Origin: a virus
Taxonomy: Duplodnaviria; Caudoviricetes
DNA: 64,000 nt
Reading direction: 5' to 3' (one strand)
IMG/VR virus record: IMGVR_UViG_3300021979_000003
Location: 160,001-224,000 of that record
Shown here: positions 1 through 7,606 of the stretch, piece after piece
How positions within the stretch are numbered: the stretch's first letter is position 1
Layout of the letters: each line of letters starts with the position of its first letter
The notes under the pieces: model-generated
Databases searched by the model: none
What the model saw: the letters and a program-made list of their open reading frames with translations, nothing else
What the model was told of the DNA's origin: nothing
Position numbers and translations under genes: made by a program

Positions 1-1385
1 TTCTTTTCACTCTCAGATTCGATGGTGTTAAAGATACGGTCGAATTGTGGAATGAAACAGAAGCCATACGCATCAAGGATTTTACCCGCCAAGTCACGAT
101 CAATACCAGATGTAAGCTCTGCAATATCAAATGCTTCTTCAGGCTTTTTAATCTTAAAGATGTCGATGAGCGTTTGAAACTCATTCTTATATCGGTAAGT
201 TTTCGGCAACACCTTTTTATTAATAAGTGTTTCAATGTGACATGAAAGGGTCGGTGAGTAGGTTTGAGTTACCCCACAGTCAATAATCTGTTTCATCACA
301 TAATTAAGCTTGATAAGGTTTGTGATCGAGGATGATGTGACCAGTGAAGACACAAAGTCCCTAACTTTATCAAAAAGCTCAGTGTATGTGCTTAGAGCTT
401 CGTCATTGATCTGCTCTTCTTCAGCATATTCCATATCAATACGATCACGTGAACGATTGACTGAAAGCTTTTTGTTAAGGCTGCTCACATCAATATTGAA
501 GTATGGCTTATGCTTACTTGCAGTAATACAATAGTTAGAAAGGCCCCAACCTTCAAACGGATAGATGATATTTTTGTATTTAACAGAGAACGCCTTGTCG
601 TTAATCTTATTCTGTCTGTCCAGCATGTTGTAATCAATGAAGTAAAGATTTTTGTAATTGAATACACCGTCTAGGACACTTTTTAATTGTTCAATGAAAA
701 GTGTATTAGTGCCTTGTATATCAATAGTAGTCGCGTTTTGATTATGGACATAAAAAGGAACCAACACTTTGACAAGCTCTTCAGTATCACCATCCATAAC
801 ATTGATATTTGAAGTGAGGTTATATGCGAATGGTAGAGAAACTTCAGTACCGCTTTCTTCGTCGGTTTCCTTTGAATCAATCAAGTCATAAGATGGAATT
901 CCTTGTTCGGAAAGGTACATGATGTACATATAAGCAACACCATCATAAATGGTCTTAACCAGATAGTAATCAATTTCATAAGGCCAAAAATGATCAGCCG
1001 TTGCAGAAGTTGCGATACGAATATTACGAATATTCTTTTGTTCAAGATCATAAAGAACACCATAAGGTGCTTTAGAACCAATGCCGAACTCACCGTCACG
1101 GTCTGTGATTTCGTCTTCGTCTGTGGCACGTTTGGTACTTTGATACATAGACCCATAAATATCGGCAATGATAGAAGGACTCATACCAGTCCCAAAATCA
1201 CGAACAATGGTTGAATCGTAGTTGAAGGTTACAATTACTGGCTTAGTAGCTTTGTTGTCTTTATTAGCATCTACGGCGTTAGCGATGATTTCACGAATAG
1301 ACGCTTTCTTTGGGTCTGCGTAGATACTCTTTACAACGGTTTCGTATACTTCCCGGTTAAGTTCTGGGATTTTGACTGAAGGCAT
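1..1385 (-). CDS. rIIA: rIIA-like protein with N-terminal GHKL/HATPase domain; 3' end runs off the window
   Basis: Not in the ORF track. ATG at 1385 follows GAGGA. Manual translation gives MPSVKIPELNREVYETVVKSIYADPKKASIREIIANAVDAN...VRDFGTGMSP...YQSTKR...GEFGIGSKAPY (GHKL N, G1 and G2 boxes). The same frame is also open over the first ~90 nt of the window. Confidence 0.75.
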   Translation of the reverse strand, partial: MPSVKIPELNREVYETVVKSIYADPKKASIREIIANAVDANKDNKATKPVIVTFNYDSTIVRDFGTGMSPSIIADIYGSMYQSTKRATDEDEITDRDGEFGIGSKAPYGVLYDLEQKNIRNIRIATSATADHFWPYEIDYYLVKTIYDGVAYMYIMYLSEQGIPSYDLIDSKETDEESGTEVSLPFAYNLTSNINVMDGDTEELVKVLVPFYVHNQNATTIDIQGTNTLFIEQLKSVLDGVFNYKNLYFIDYNMLDRQNKINDKAFSVKYKNIIYPFEGWGLSNYCITASKHKPYFNIDVSSLNKKLSVNRSRDRIDMEYAEEEQINDEALSTYTELFDKVRDFVSSLVTSSSITNLIKLNYVMKQIIDCGVTQTYSPTLSCHIETLINKKVLPKTYRYKNEFQTLIDIFKIKKPEEAFDIAELTSGIDRDLAGKILDAYGFCFIPQFDRIFNTIESESEK

Positions 1386-1406
1386 ATAGTTCCTCTGTTT
1401 TAGCTA

Positions 1407-1434
1407 TTGACGAAATTTCTATTTGAGATACTAT
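1407..1434 (+). promoter_or_regulatory. sigma70-type early promoter
   Basis: TTGACG-N16-TACTAT upstream of the ORF at 1474. Confidence 0.45.
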
Positions 1435-1473
1435 ACCACTCTAATCATTGAAAATCAAATTGTGGAGAACAAA

Positions 1474-1857
1474 ATGAGTAAGAAAAAATATGGCCTCATG
1501 ATTTACGTTGTGCACCCTCGTGTATTGTCCAAGAAAGCTGAAAAGAAGTGGGACGTGTACGAGGAAGTTTATATTCGTAACGGTATTCGTAAAAACCTTC
1601 TAGAACAATCTACTATTGTATTAGACTGTGCCAATATGGAAGTTTACAAGAACCGTTCTGAACGTAAAGATGACTTTTACACTATTGTATCATACCTAGC
1701 TAAGAGCCACCAACAGGTAGCTGAATTTAAAGAAGTGTACGACACCTTTATGACACAGATGGAGAAAGTAGAAGAGGAAATGCGTAAAGCCGCAGAAGAG
1801 CCTACTACGGAATCTACTGATACTACCGAAGACGAAGAAGGCGAAGGCAAAGCCTAA
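1474..1857 (+). CDS. hypothetical protein, acidic C-terminal tail
   Basis: Track ORF 1423..1857; start moved to ATG 1474 after GGAG; host-like codon use. Confidence 0.7.
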   Translation: MSKKKYGLMIYVVHPRVLSKKAEKKWDVYEEVYIRNGIRKNLLEQSTIVLDCANMEVYKNRSERKDDFYTIVSYLAKSHQQVAEFKEVYDTFMTQMEKVEEEMRKAAEEPTTESTDTTEDEEGEGKA

Positions 1858-1956
1858 ATAGAACTGTGAGAATGGTGTAAAAAATGTTGACGTTCTCACA
1901 ATTCATGATAAGTTATAATTTCATTGTTAAATATAATAATAAGAGGAAAATGTGAA

Positions 1957-2340
1957 ATGACTAGTAAAGTTATTATTCGTATCGGTGAGAAATCTGATCA
2001 AATTGAAAAAGAAAATATTTTCGAACGTGGGAACTACCGTTTCTGTAAGCAACTTTCTGTAGTATTTGTACAAGCTGGTATTTATTACCTTATCGTTACC
2101 GATGAAGAAATGATTAACAGTCTGTATGATGCAACCGCAGAAGCAGTAGAAGACGGTGACTATTCAGAAGCCGATGAAATCGTAGAAGGAATGATTAAGA
2201 ATTACATTGCACAAAACTTCGATGACTTTAATAGTCGTGTTGAGAAAGCAGTTAAAACAGCACATGGAATTGGTGTTAAGAAGATGTCTTCCAAGACATC
2301 GAAAAAGCCTAAGATTCAAAAGAGACGAATCACAGCATAA
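1957..2340 (+). CDS. hypothetical protein, basic C-terminus
   Basis: Track ORF 1924..2340; likely ATG 1957 after GAGG; followed by a terminator. Confidence 0.7.
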   Translation: MTSKVIIRIGEKSDQIEKENIFERGNYRFCKQLSVVFVQAGIYYLIVTDEEMINSLYDATAEAVEDGDYSEADEIVEGMIKNYIAQNFDDFNSRVEKAVKTAHGIGVKKMSSKTSKKPKIQKRRITA

Positions 2341-2344
2341 TATT

Positions 2345-2367
2345 AAGCGCCTACGGGCGCTTTTTTT
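2345..2367 (+). terminator. intrinsic terminator
   Basis: AAGCGCC-TACG-GGCGCTT followed by a T run. Confidence 0.85.
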
Positions 2368-2368
2368 G

Positions 2369-2376
2369 TATAAATA
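2369..2376 (+). promoter_or_regulatory. T4-type late promoter
   Basis: TATAAATA 22 nt upstream of ATG 2399. Confidence 0.7.
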
Positions 2377-2398
2377 TTCTTAAACGGGAGAATATTGT

Positions 2399-2947
2399 AT
2401 GAAAATTCTAGAAAATGAAGCACATCCTTACGAAGAAGGTATGAATGCATTTAGTGAAGGTAAGGGATTGGAAGCTTGTGATTATAGACCTTACTCACTA
2501 GGCGAAGATGAATGGATTCGCGGTTGGCGTTATGCCAAGCAGGAATCTGTTATGGAAGATTCAGACCTTTGTGAAGATGAAGTTTATGAAAATACTGATG
2601 ATTTTTATCTAAACTATGGTTGGATGCCTCTTGACGAAGATAAGTACGGATACTATGATGGTTCTAGAGTTAAGTTAGATAATCCTCGTTACAGTGGGGA
2701 TGATGAAGATAAACGCTTTGTTGTTTACGTAGACAGCGAAAAGAAAACATCTGATGGTAAGGTGAAAGCTAAAAAGATTACTTTTGGTTCAGAAAAAGGT
2801 TCCGACTTACGTGTCAATAAAGACGACGAAGAGGCTAGGAAAAATTTCGTAGCCAGACATAATTGCAAATCAGCGAATGACAAGAAAACCGCTAGGTACT
2901 GGTCTTGTCGTGCACCATTAAGTAAAGGCGATGGAAAGTATTGGTAA
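2399..2947 (+). CDS. probable virion/head protein: N-terminal Rmf-like domain plus conserved FG...NFVARHNC...ARYWSC domain
   Basis: YEEGMNAFSEGKGLEACDY...EWIRGWRYA resembles the Rmf pattern; C-terminal KITFG...RKNFVARHNC...TARYWSCR motif is recurrent in large T4-like phages; late promoter upstream. Confidence 0.65.
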   Translation: MKILENEAHPYEEGMNAFSEGKGLEACDYRPYSLGEDEWIRGWRYAKQESVMEDSDLCEDEVYENTDDFYLNYGWMPLDEDKYGYYDGSRVKLDNPRYSGDDEDKRFVVYVDSEKKTSDGKVKAKKITFGSEKGSDLRVNKDDEEARKNFVARHNCKSANDKKTARYWSCRAPLSKGDGKYW

Positions 2948-3630
2948 TGACTGTATTTGAAACACTGGAAAGCAAATTCAAAACCGAAAGAATTGAACCA
3001 ATGTCATCTGTATTTGTAAAAGATATCCCAGAAGATATCTTTTATTACATTAAGGATTCAGTTCAGAATATTACAGATACAATGAAAATGTATCAAAAAA
3101 ATAATAATCCCGTATATGAAACTTTGGGCCTAACATACAATCCAACATTAAAAATACCGGGACATGAACAATATAGTAGAAATATAAGCTTGGGTGATAA
3201 CGGTAGGGATGACACTCATTCGTTTGTACATCCACTTGCTAACTCCGAGTTTTTATATGACATATGTGAATACACACCGGTAAGAGCCAAGATAACTCGT
3301 ATGGAAGGGCGTTATAAGCAATCTGAATGGCATTATGATGAGCCTTTGAACGAGTGTATTAAAGTCATTATACCAATAGAAACAGACCCACAATGCCTTT
3401 TCCAGATTGATGACAAGAAACCAGTCAACTTGGAAATAGGACGTGCGTACTTCTTTGACTCCATATTCCATCACCGCTATTTGTATGGTAATTGTACCAA
3501 GCCCATTACTCATCTTGTGTTTGGACTTTCTACCAAATATCAATACGACTATTCAAAAGGCGAATGGTATAATCCAGACAGAAATATATCAGATATAACT
3601 CAGGTCATTGACAGTTCAGTAGTCTTTTGA
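2947..3630 (+). CDS. 2OG-Fe(II) oxygenase, aspartyl/asparaginyl beta-hydroxylase-like
   Basis: WHYDE (HxD), then KVIIPI...GRAYFFDSIFHHR (distal His), a double-stranded beta-helix pattern; ATG overlaps the upstream TAA. Confidence 0.7.
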   Translation: MTVFETLESKFKTERIEPMSSVFVKDIPEDIFYYIKDSVQNITDTMKMYQKNNNPVYETLGLTYNPTLKIPGHEQYSRNISLGDNGRDDTHSFVHPLANSEFLYDICEYTPVRAKITRMEGRYKQSEWHYDEPLNECIKVIIPIETDPQCLFQIDDKKPVNLEIGRAYFFDSIFHHRYLYGNCTKPITHLVFGLSTKYQYDYSKGEWYNPDRNISDITQVIDSSVVF

Positions 3631-3660
3631 TATCCTTCTATTTCAATATAAGGGTATGAC

Positions 3661-4242
3661 ATGAAAAAAATTATTGTAGATATTGACGATACTTCATTAA
3701 ATTACGCAAATGGCTTGTTTGATTTTGTCGGGGTCGATTATCCGCATGGCAAAGAGTACGGAAGTATTAGCGACTATTTAATTGGTGAACATAACTTTTC
3801 TAGTCAAAAAGTTTGGGACGTGATCGCAGAATTTAATGAGTCCGAAGGATTTCGTCACCTACAACCTCTCAACAACTCCGATGAAGTTTTAAAAGCCTTA
3901 CACGACGAGGGTGTAAAAATTTCTGTCATTTCATCTTGTGGCGATTCCAATATCACTAAAGAACACCGATACTATAACTTGTACAAGGTATTCGGTAACA
4001 TATTTGAGTCTGTAACAATGCTCCCATTGGGTTCAAGAAAAACTAATGCGTTATTGAAATTCATTGATCGCGAACCTATTCTGGTAGAAGATACACTTAC
4101 TCATTACCATGATGCTATTATTTTAGGAATGGATAGTTATATTGTAAAAGGCGAAATGAATGCAACAGAAGTAAATGACTCTATTGACCACTTTGTAGAC
4201 TGGAATGAATTTTACAAGATGTATCATACCATCCATAAATAA
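3661..4242 (+). CDS. HAD-family 5'(3')-deoxyribonucleotidase-like phosphatase
   Basis: IIVDIDDT (motif I), ISSCG, K, LVEDT motifs. Confidence 0.75.
   Translation: MKKIIVDIDDTSLNYANGLFDFVGVDYPHGKEYGSISDYLIGEHNFSSQKVWDVIAEFNESEGFRHLQPLNNSDEVLKALHDEGVKISVISSCGDSNITKEHRYYNLYKVFGNIFESVTMLPLGSRKTNALLKFIDREPILVEDTLTHYHDAIILGMDSYIVKGEMNATEVNDSIDHFVDWNEFYKMYHTIHK
4234..4241 (+). promoter_or_regulatory. late promoter variant heading the baseplate cluster
   Basis: CATAAATA upstream of the 4269 start. Confidence 0.5.
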
Positions 4243-4268
4243 CCATATATAATATGGAGTTTGTGGAT

Positions 4269-4829
4269 ATGAATGATATAAAAATAATTTCAAAAAATGA
4301 ACTTTCCGTAAGTGATATTAAAACAGTTATTCGAGTTATTAATGACGCTTCTGGAAAGCAACTTATTACTATTTCCAAAGATAAGCCCTTGGCTAAAAAA
4401 TACACACTGGATGACGGTTATACTGTCTACTGCTTTGCTTTTGATGAAGCCATTGATGGTGATGAAGCTGATAGTATTGTTGGTGGTTTATACAATACTC
4501 TTACTTTCGACTTTGTTGCTGAAATAAATTCAGATGTTGTAGACTATGAAGATGACATCGAAGAGTCAATTGAGGAATCCGATCCAATCAAACATGCAAG
4601 ATGGGTACAAGAACAAGTAGACGAGGGTTGGTCTTATGGTCTTGAGTTTGATGAATCTAATAAAAAGAATCCTTATATCAGACCTTATCACCAGTTAACT
4701 AAAACTCAAAAGAAAATGATCGATAAAAGCAAGTCAAAGCTTGGTCATTATGGTCTATATTTCCCATACATTTCTGGTAATAATAACGATGATTCAGGAG
4801 CCGGTGTTGGAGGCGATGGCGGCGAATGA
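4269..4829 (+). CDS. RyR (ryanodine receptor repeat) domain protein
   Basis: HARWVQEQVDEGWSYGLEFDESNKKNPYIRPYHQLTKTQK matches H..W......GW.YG...D...K.HP.L.PY..L; track start 4254, ATG 4269 follows GGAG. Confidence 0.75.
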   Translation: MNDIKIISKNELSVSDIKTVIRVINDASGKQLITISKDKPLAKKYTLDDGYTVYCFAFDEAIDGDEADSIVGGLYNTLTFDFVAEINSDVVDYEDDIEESIEESDPIKHARWVQEQVDEGWSYGLEFDESNKKNPYIRPYHQLTKTQKKMIDKSKSKLGHYGLYFPYISGNNNDDSGAGVGGDGGE

Positions 4830-5821
4830 GTTACGACTTCGACTATGATTCTGAATCAGGACTAACGCCTTGGCCTATGGTCTGGACAGTGGCACCCGCT
4901 CAATATAATTGGGAAGGGACACTTGGTGATGCGTTGAACTTTAGCGTAGAAGCGATTCCCGATCCTGCCTATCCTGCCGCTTGGGATGAGCATTACACTA
5001 GCTCTGGTGATACTGGTGGTGGTCTGGGAGGCGGTACTGTATCTGCCCCCCCACTACCGCCACAACCGGTCATTCAGGAATACATTTATGAATCATCTTC
5101 GACATTAGAGCCTGATTACTTCTCAATTACAAATGCGGACGGTCTTGTTATAAATGATGCCGATACTGAGCTATTCTTTCCTTATGCAAGGATTGTTTAT
5201 TTTAAAAACGATGTCAAAAAACAAGCACAATTCCCTCAAGAAGTAATTGATGATGACTACGATTACGTATCTGCGTTGGTTCCAGATGACAGAGAATTTA
5301 TTGTAAAAAAATCAAACTTAAGAGCAGTATCCACCTCAAAGACTGATCTAACTGGAAGTTTCCAATTTAAAATTAATAATGATTGGAGTAAGTCGAAGCT
5401 TACATTAGAAGCAATGGCGGAAAGATCAAAAGAATACTTCGATGATTTAGTTGGTGACAGTACACAACAACCACCACAAGGACAAAATTCAGATTCGCCT
5501 ACAGAGACAACATTAGAGCCTAGTCTACCAGACACCTCTTCATCCGATGAAACATTCGAAGAAGAAAACCAACAGACATATGATGAGTTATTCAGAGAGG
5601 GTGATAGAGACAAGATAAATAATATAATAAGTGATGAAGAAGAGTTTTACAATAATCTCAAGAACGAAACTCAAACTACATCACAAGTAATAGATGACGA
5701 AGAACTAGGAACCGAAGAATCACCAATCGACAAGGCCATACGTGATGGAAACATTGATGAGCTTATGAATGAACATGGTTATTCTTATAATGAGGTTCTA
5801 GATTTAATTAGGGGTATATGA
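4826..5821 (+). CDS. hypothetical acidic, Pro/Gly-rich protein in the baseplate operon
   Basis: 331-aa ORF with ATGA overlaps to both neighbours. Confidence 0.6.
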   Translation: MSYDFDYDSESGLTPWPMVWTVAPAQYNWEGTLGDALNFSVEAIPDPAYPAAWDEHYTSSGDTGGGLGGGTVSAPPLPPQPVIQEYIYESSSTLEPDYFSITNADGLVINDADTELFFPYARIVYFKNDVKKQAQFPQEVIDDDYDYVSALVPDDREFIVKKSNLRAVSTSKTDLTGSFQFKINNDWSKSKLTLEAMAERSKEYFDDLVGDSTQQPPQGQNSDSPTETTLEPSLPDTSSSDETFEEENQQTYDELFREGDRDKINNIISDEEEFYNNLKNETQTTSQVIDDEELGTEESPIDKAIRDGNIDELMNEHGYSYNEVLDLIRGI

Positions 5822-6120
5822 TGTCCAATCCAACAGCACAACTATCATCACCTACAACAGGTCACGGCTGTTGGCCTTCTACCACAATTTGCGAAGCAGC
5901 AGAGACTGTGATAGCTGAAGGGCTACCTGTGGCATGTCTAGGTCATGCCGCGATACCACATGTGTGTGTTGTTCTTCCATTTCCAGTACATGGTTTAGTA
6001 GTGGCAGAAGGTTCAGAGACTGTCATAGTCGAGGGTGTTTCAGCGGCTAGGATTGGCGACAGTATGTCATGTGGAGACATAATTGCTTCAGGTTCACCAA
6101 CTGTTATAACAGGAGACTAA
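5818..6120 (+). CDS. PAAR-repeat baseplate spike tip protein
   Basis: TTGHGCWP...TVIAEGLPVACLG...PH...GSETVIVEGVSAARIGDSMSCG..IASGSPTV. Confidence 0.9.
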   Translation: MMSNPTAQLSSPTTGHGCWPSTTICEAAETVIAEGLPVACLGHAAIPHVCVVLPFPVHGLVVAEGSETVIVEGVSAARIGDSMSCGDIIASGSPTVITGD

Positions 6121-6128
6121 CAAAAGAA

Positions 6129-7232
6129 ATGCGTTTACATGAATTGAATAATAATAAAAATACCATATACTTTATGATGGTTTATGCTAATCCCCCAACG
6201 TATGGTTATAAGCTAGCTTATGAAAAGCTTCTAAAGGTTTCTAAAGATGCAAACCATGTCGTCTTTATCAACCCTATGGTTGATAGTGAAATTAATCCTT
6301 TGAGCTTTAAAAAGAATCTAAGCTACAACAAAGCACTGTTTCCTTCTGTTAACTTCAATGAGGCGGGAAATATTAAAACACCATTAGAAGCTTTAAAGTA
6401 CCTTTCTAATGAATACGATATTATATACTTGGTCACAAAAGATGAAAATATAGAAGAGTACCGCCGATATACAAAGTATGCTGAAAATTGGGGTGTATAT
6501 GATTTTGACGTAATTGGCCTTGGTGATAGCAAAAGTGACGACACTAAAGGAAGAACAAATAAGCTGGCTAGAAAATATGTTTTAGATAATAATTACCAAG
6601 ACTTTAAAAATACAATTCCAACTGATAATGAGCGCTTAATGTCGAGCCTATACCTTGACTTAAGAAAAGCTATGCTTACAGACTCAAAGAAAAAGAACGA
6701 TGAGATTACTGAACAAGTAAACAAGGTTATTGAGACAATCAGAGAAAAGAACTCTGGATTTTCCGTAATAGAAGAATATTTTAGTACTGATCAAGAGGGC
6801 AATAGATATATCATGCTAAATGAAATAAACAACTTCTTTAAGAATATTAAATTAGTTGTATCAAATAAGTATAAGGACTATTCAATCGCAAAAGATAAAG
6901 ACAAGAATTATGTTATCTTTATTAATTCTTCATTGAAAAGTATCGATAAAAAATTAACTGAAGATGCTGATCTTTTTGAAAAGACTATTAGAAATACTCA
7001 GCGTTTAGATGAAACAACTGCCGGTGCAATTGCCAGTTCAAATGCTGTTCTCGGGCAACCAATCAAACGTATACCTAATTCAGATGAGTCGGCATTTGAG
7101 TTTGTTAAAAAGATAAAGTATGACAGAAGCTGTCGTGACAAACTAAATGCATCTATGGGTGAGTTTATTAATAGAAACGGTTATATCGATCAAAACGTTA
7201 TTAAAAAGATTAAAGAAATACTGGAAAAGTAA
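6129..7232 (+). CDS. cytidylyltransferase-like (HxGH superfamily) protein, degenerate active site
   Basis: YANPPTYGYKLAYEKL resembles phage GRFNPPTxGH; also NPL..KK, R....Y.DF and ETTAGAIA; track start 6069, ATG 6129 preferred. Confidence 0.55.
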   Translation: MRLHELNNNKNTIYFMMVYANPPTYGYKLAYEKLLKVSKDANHVVFINPMVDSEINPLSFKKNLSYNKALFPSVNFNEAGNIKTPLEALKYLSNEYDIIYLVTKDENIEEYRRYTKYAENWGVYDFDVIGLGDSKSDDTKGRTNKLARKYVLDNNYQDFKNTIPTDNERLMSSLYLDLRKAMLTDSKKKNDEITEQVNKVIETIREKNSGFSVIEEYFSTDQEGNRYIMLNEINNFFKNIKLVVSNKYKDYSIAKDKDKNYVIFINSSLKSIDKKLTEDADLFEKTIRNTQRLDETTAGAIASSNAVLGQPIKRIPNSDESAFEFVKKIKYDRSCRDKLNASMGEFINRNGYIDQNVIKKIKEILEK

Positions 7233-7597
7233 TGGCTAGAATATATAAGTCTTTTAGTACTACCTCCCCTAATGCAACTAAAAACGGCAATCTATATGAT
7301 ATGGATGTTGTTGTAGACGACATTAGAAATCTTCTTTCAATTAAGAAAGGGGATTTCCCTATGTTATATGAACTAGGTAGTATTGCACATGAATATGTTC
7401 ACCAACCATCATTAACAAATTCAGAAAAGTCAATTATAGTCAGCGATACGATAGAATTATTATCAAATGACCCTAGACTAAATAATATTAACGTTTATAT
7501 AGAAGAATTATCTAATGGGTATTATATAATTATTAATGCCAATGTTAGTCCACAGGATCAAGAAGTAAACCTGTCAGTCAATCTTAACGATATTTAA
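7232..7597 (+). CDS. gp25: baseplate wedge subunit, gp25-like
   Basis: LYDMDVVVDDIRNLLSIKKGDFPMLYELGS...DPRL matches the GPW/gp25 pattern. Confidence 0.85.
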   Translation: MARIYKSFSTTSPNATKNGNLYDMDVVVDDIRNLLSIKKGDFPMLYELGSIAHEYVHQPSLTNSEKSIIVSDTIELLSNDPRLNNINVYIEELSNGYYIIINANVSPQDQEVNLSVNLNDI

Positions 7598-7606
7598 GGG
7601 GTTCTA

